Shown here in pieces: positions 58,519 through 64,000 of a DNA stretch of 64,000 nt (within the stretch, counting starts at the first letter, position 1; each line of letters starts with the position of its first letter). Location: the NCBI GenBank assembly GCA_964199315.1, contig OZ116702.1, positions 16,554,001-16,618,000 of the forward strand. Reading direction: 5' to 3'. The position numbers were made by a program, and so were the translations under genes. The notes beneath the pieces are model-generated. The model was not told the DNA's origin. It was given only the letters and a program-made list of their open reading frames with translations, and searched no databases. The DNA is from Orbicella franksi. Taxonomy: Eukaryota.

Positions 58519-61500
58519 TGTGGTATTTAAAGTGTGTCGCAAGTAGGGCTAGGTGTCAATAAACGAGTCGCCATCTTGGTCATGTGAAACACGTTCTCTT
58601 GTTTTCTCCGGCTAATAGTACATGATGGCAGCGGCAAACAGTCCATAAAACGCCATACCTAAACATTGGAGGCACTGAAGAAGCTCCAGAGGCAGTTCAT
58701 CCAAATCATTTCACAGAACCAGCAAGCTAAACCAAGCCGAGTATTCTTTCTTGGCGAAATCAAAAGCGCACGCCTCCATGGATTATTGGACAGCCCAGAA
58801 GTGACCGGCCATAATACTCTCTTAAAACTTGACGCAGGAGCAGCTGTAACAGTCCTCAGAGACAGTGTCCAATGGCTTCGAAGTATTAGCCTAACGGAGA
58901 CATCTCACACCCTTCGTGGGCCCGGGAATATCCGCCTGCCAGTTAAAGGTCAGTTCCATGCAACGTTAAAATACGGTCAAACCAGCATTACTGAGCCTGT
59001 CCATGTCTTACACAATCATACATGTTCACTACTCAGCAGAAATGCATGTGTTGAACTGGGGCTCATAATGCGTGCTGAGAAGGATGTAGGGGAAGTGAAT
59101 TCTGGACCAACAGATTTTAAAGCAGAGTTTCCAGCACTCTTCATCGGCCTTGGCCGGCTAAAAAGTGAATGCCATATAACACTTCGCGCTGATGCTAAGC
59201 CATTTTGCCTATACAATCCGAGGAAAATCCCTCATCCCCTGTTACCAAAGGTGAAAAGTCAGATAGAGGCAATGCTTGAACAAGGTGTCATCTCCCCTGT
59301 GACAGCTCCAACTGAATGGTGTGCAGGAATTGTCCTAGTTGTCAAACCAAATAGCAAGATACGAATCTGTGTTGACCTGACCAAGCTTAACAAGCCGTCC
59401 AGCTGGAAGTTCACTCCATGCCTTCTGTCGATGAGAGTCTTGCGAAGCTAGGAAACTGCAAAATATTTTCCAAACTTGAAGCCAATAGTGGGTTATGGCA
59501 GATACCCCTTGATGAGGGGTCCCGACTGCTTACAACCTTTGTTGTTCAATGGTCTACCATTCCGCACAGCTCCGCACCAGAAAGTTTCCAGCGAACTTTG
59601 TCTAGAATCCTCAAGGACCTGGAAGGGACAATCTGTCAAATGGACGATATTCTTGTTCATGGCGCTGATCGATCACTGCATGACAGACGCCTAAGAGCTG
59701 TTCTTCACTGCCTACAGGAAGCTGGACTAACCCTCAATAACAAGTGTGAATTTTCCAAACCATCCATCAGGTTCCTAGCTCACAACATTGATGGTTCTGG
59801 GCTCCACGCTGACCCTCTCAAGTCAAGTACCATCACCCAATGCCTGGAACCCTCTGATGTTAATGGATTGCAACCATTTATGGGAATCGGGTAAACCATC
59901 TTTGCAAGTGCATGCCCAGTGTAGCTGACCTCAGCGAGCCCCTTCGCCAGCTCTTGTGCAAAGACAGCTCCTGGGTGCGGGAAGAGCCTCAACAACAGGC
60001 TTTTCAGCAGATTAAAGTAGCTCTATTGTCCTCAGAAGTACTAGCCCACTATGACCCAAATCGACCTACTGTCATCTCGGCAGATGTTTCCAGTACAAGA
60101 ATCGGCGCAGTGCACACTCAGGTCCAAGAAAATGGAGAACACCACCCGATATGCGATGCATCCAGGTCTTTAAGTGAAACAGAAAAACGCTATGCAGTCA
60201 TCTAAAAAGAAGCCCTTGCAGTCACATGGGCCAGTGAGAAGTTCGCAGACTACAATCGGCGACATGATTAGTTGACACATTGTCTTGCAATAGTACTTTT
60301 AGTGCACCAAATAACACGACTCTTTTCGCCGCACAGTAAACTGTGGGAAAGACCCCGCTCCCCCATTCAATGTTGCTTCTTTGTAGCTCAAGTTCACAGC
60401 AGTTGTCACACAACATTGTTTGGGGGTGAGGGAGGTTGAAAGGACAAGCTAGGAGGGCAAAAAGGGATCACAGTGATGAAATAGGGGATTGAAAGTGTGA
60501 ATGTGTCAACAATTTTGTCACTGATTGTATGTGCTTGGGATACCCTTTGTTCTTGAGACGGATCATAAGCCACTTACTGCGCTCCTGAACTCTACAGAGC
60601 TCTCAAAGATGCCTCACCACATCCTAAGTTTCCGTCTGAGACTTAGCGATACACATATCAAGTTCAGTATGTTCCTTTGAAACACCATGCTGCTGCTGAT
60701 GCCCTCTCTCGTGCACCTGTTGGTACCCCAGAGCAAGCAAAGGAGTTGTTTGCAGAAGAAGTAGCAGCATTTGCAACTCAGGCAACAGCCAGTCATCCTG
60801 CCACAGCCATGAGACTACAAGAAATCCAAGAGGCACAGAAGGTGGATGAGGAATGCAGCCAAGTAAGAGTTTACTGCTTGCAAGGATGTCCTGCCTACAT
60901 ACCTCATCAGCCACTCCTTCACCCATACTGGGAGAGTAGAGGCCTCCTCTCTGTTGTAGATGACTTACTCGCGTATGATGACCGCTTAGTAATCCCAGGG
61001 CCCGTGCATCAGTCTGGTGGCCAGGGCTATCAAAGCAAATAGAGGACCTCGTGGCCCAGTGCGTCACTCGTACCAAAGATCGATCAACGCCCAAAGAATC
61101 TTTTATGTCAGCCTCTTTTCCACCTCGTCCATGGAAAAAGATTGCAACCGATCTGTTTGAGTTGAACAGGAAAGTTTGCTTCATTGTCATAGACTATTAC
61201 TCCAGATGGTTTGAAATTAAGGAACTTCGCATTGAAACATTCGCAGTTGTTATTCAAGCACTCGAGGAACTCTTTGCCATCCACGGCATTCCAGACTTGG
61301 CAATAGCTGACAATGGGCCCCAGTGCAGTGCAGATTCCTTTCGCGAGTTTGCAACCAAATGTGGCTTTGTACACACCACAAGTTCACCAAGATACCTCCA
61401 AGCAAATGGCGAAGTTGAAAGAGCAGTCCTTACAGCTAACTCCACATGATATCTACAATGCCCTTCTGACTTACAGGTCAACCCTCCTACAGAATGACCT

Positions 61501-62386
61501 TTCGCCGAACGAATTACTAATGGGGTGTCGCCTGCGAACACAACTGCCCATCCACCCAAACAATTTGTACCTAATGTAAAGTCCAAAGAACACCAGACAG
61601 TGGAAATGAAAGAAAGATCTTATATATTGGACCAGCAGCTCAACTTTGACAAGCGGCATGGTGCTGTTGAACTTCCAACGCTCCATCCTGGTGACCATGT
61701 GTGGGTAAGAGATCAAGATCGCCATGGCCTTACTCTAGGGAAAACCATACAACCTCCCCCCTATCTCGAGGGTACTAACAAGGGAACACTCCAATGAAAC
61801 CGCTCTGCCTCGTTGGTCGCAACCAAACACCCTGTGACGGAATATTCCACAGAAGATCTGCCTTCAGAAACTACTACTGCCCCCAATCCAACCCTGCCAT
61901 CACCAATACCACCATCACAGCAATCACCGCAGACACCACAGAAACCAACGGCAAGACCAGCGATGTTGACTACCCCAGAGACAGCCCCTGCTGCAGAGTC
62001 TTCACATAGCCCATGTACTACTCGTTCAGGAAGAGTTGTGAGGACATCAGAGCGCCTGGATTTATAGACATTGAACATTAGTCAATCTAGGACATTGTGT
62101 TTGAAACCTTTAGAATGGCCTTGAAATATTGTTGAACTCTGGACATTAAGGTGCGATGTCAGGCTAGAATGTTTGGAAGACTGAACTTTCTCGTACTTTG
62201 AACATTTTGTTGATTTGTTGTTGCTGTCTTCCCTCCCACCCATTGTCTTACATTTTTTGGGACGAGATGTAAGATTATCACATAACTGTTTAGTGTCCCA
62301 ATGCATGCTGGGACCACGTGCAATAAACAAGTCGCCATCTTGGTCGTGTGAAACATGTTCTCTTGTTTTCTCTGGCTAATACTGCA
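58519..62386 (+). mobile_element. Second Ty3/Gypsy LTR retrotransposon, gag deleted, pol heavily frameshifted
   Basis: Protease LDAGAAVTV, RT KIRICVDLTKLN / QMDDILV, RNase H SADVS / ETDHKP, integrase PWKKIATDLF / DNGPQ / NGEVERAV. PBS-like TGGCAGCGG at ~58626. LTR 3' halves are shared between 58557-58622 and 62323-62386. Confidence 0.88.
60253..60527. mobile_element. 275-bp Tc1/mariner-type MITE inside Gypsy RNase H
   Basis: TIRs CAATCGGCGACATGATTAGTTGACACATT / AATGTGTCAACAATTTTGTCACTGATTG with TA TSD (60251-60252, 60528-60529). Removing it restores GAC TAT GTG CTT GGG (DYVLG). Confidence 0.88.
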
Positions 62387-64000
62387 ATAGGGTCAAGAAA
62401 ATGCCTGAAAAAATAACAACTCAATAAGCATGATGTACTTACACAACTTCGACTCTTGCGTCTTTTAAGATTGATAATGCCTTTGCCTTCAGATTGGTGG
62501 GAGCTAGGAAATAGAGGTTTTCAACTTTTGCCTGCATTTACAAGAAGAAGGATAAAAACGTATAAATAAACAAGCTTCAAAAAAGCTTATTTTAAACCTT
62601 CAGTTACAAAGGAGGCGTCGGCAAGGAATAACGACTATTTAACAATTACATTACAGAATAGATAGTGAGTAGCGTAGTCAGTAATTGAACAGCATTCGTG
62701 ATAGAAAGCTAGTAGCTTTATACTAATAACTTTTAGTAGAATTCTACTAGTATACTAATGCAAATGCTGCAATCTGATTGGCTGAGCTGCTCGTATACTA
62801 TCAGCCATTACAGTGCAGTGGCCGGAGGTTGTCTACGAAATGGCCACGTTTTTTTATTTTTTAGCAAAGCTTTAAGGAACGTTTCGTTGCAAATGGATAA
62901 ATAAATTCCTGGGAAGACATTAATTAGAAAACATTTATGGTTTCTTGACTTGAAAAATATTGAAATTATTGATAAAAACAATGGTGCGCACGCACAACTT
63001 CAGTTTCAAATCAGAGCGATCTTTCTAAGGCACAAAGTTGAATAACACGTCGAGAACTGATTGGAACCGTTCTTTGAAATAAATCTCAGTTAGAATTCTA
63101 CTAAAGCAATGAAATTTCTATGAGAGGATAGTTGATTTGGCCTTCGACCTCATCAACTATTACCTCAACTATCACGAATGCCATTCTATTACTAGCTACG
63201 CTACTCATTATCTATTCTGTTGTTGATAGTAAGTGGCCCAGCAGTGTGTGGTTGTCAACAAAATAGCAGCCGTGTCTTTGCGTTTTCCAATTGTCTGTGA
63301 AGATGAATTAGATAACGTTTTGAACGACTAGTAGACTCTTATCCAACAATTATACTATTAATTCACTTTCGATTTCTATGCGTGATAGTTGACTCGGGCT
63401 TATGCTCGATTTCGGCCGTTTTCTCGAGTCCAGTCTCCTTTCCCGAATAGCAGCTGGTAATCGAGCCTAACTTGGGCTGCACTCTTGTCAAATATCATGC
63501 AGAAATCTCGAGCTCATAATCTAATATTTGTTAACTAGTGCCTTAGTTTCATTGAAGAGCAAGTTAGTTAGTTACCAGGGTTAATTGCGATAGGCACAAA
63601 GAAACTTCGGCCCAGTTCAGACGTTGTGCTTCTGCCATGCCGAACGTAATTGCAATTAGGTTCGACTGTAGCACGGCAGAAACACGACTTTGACTCAGAC
63701 GTCGTGCGACAGTCGCACCAAATTCAGGATTTACTGAAGCAACTTCCATAAATAAATGTTGGAAGAAAATAGTCAATATTTTTGCATTTTACTTTGGAAC
63801 TTTTTCACCACAAAATGTAAACGGTCTATATCCCGGTCTAGATGGGAAAATCTAGACCGCTTTCAATATCGATTTCGCCTGATCAAATTCCTGAATTTGG
63901 TAGTTCCCAGTCCTTGTGAGGTAGAGCCATATAATAATTTAGAGTCTTGCCACCTCTTGTTGATAAATACTAGATACAGCTAAATACGCAGAAGAAAACG

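Noticed and set aside
62600-64000. Crypton-like or other non-autonomous repeat
   Set aside because: It looks repetitive, but there is no coding remnant, paired terminus or TSD to support a specific call.

Overview
This is eukaryotic, intron-containing, AT-rich DNA. The repeat types suggest a marine invertebrate, probably a cnidarian or stony coral (inference). The window is almost entirely nested, partly decayed mobile elements, and I recognise no ordinary host gene. From left to right: (1) a Maverick/Polinton (adintovirus-type) remnant, ~1-8019, whose penton gene is split by an AcademH-type DNA transposon (TAG..CTA TIRs, perfect 9-bp TSD, RecQ remnant); (2) a second, different Polinton-like virus, ~8.6-19.4 kb, with pPolB, penton, putative major capsid protein, A32 ATPase and several membrane-type ORFs, but no integrase or protease in the part present; (3) a Helentron, ~20-30 kb, with a 2A-like motif, OTU, Rep, Pif1 helicase and AP endonuclease, plus an RPA-like gene; (4) an IS3EU-like end and a Harbinger stub; (5) a CRESS/parvovirus-like HUH + SF3 Rep pseudogene followed by a 100-bp hairpin; (6) a ~13-kb multi-exon gene for a RAG1/Transib-like DDE transposase spliced in frame to a C-terminal Ulp1 (C48) protease, with a Gypsy element and small repeats in its introns; (7) a hairpin-unit tandem array and an intronless protein kinase; (8) a second decayed Gypsy element and MITEs. 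All family calls come from motif recognition by eye; no database searches were run.
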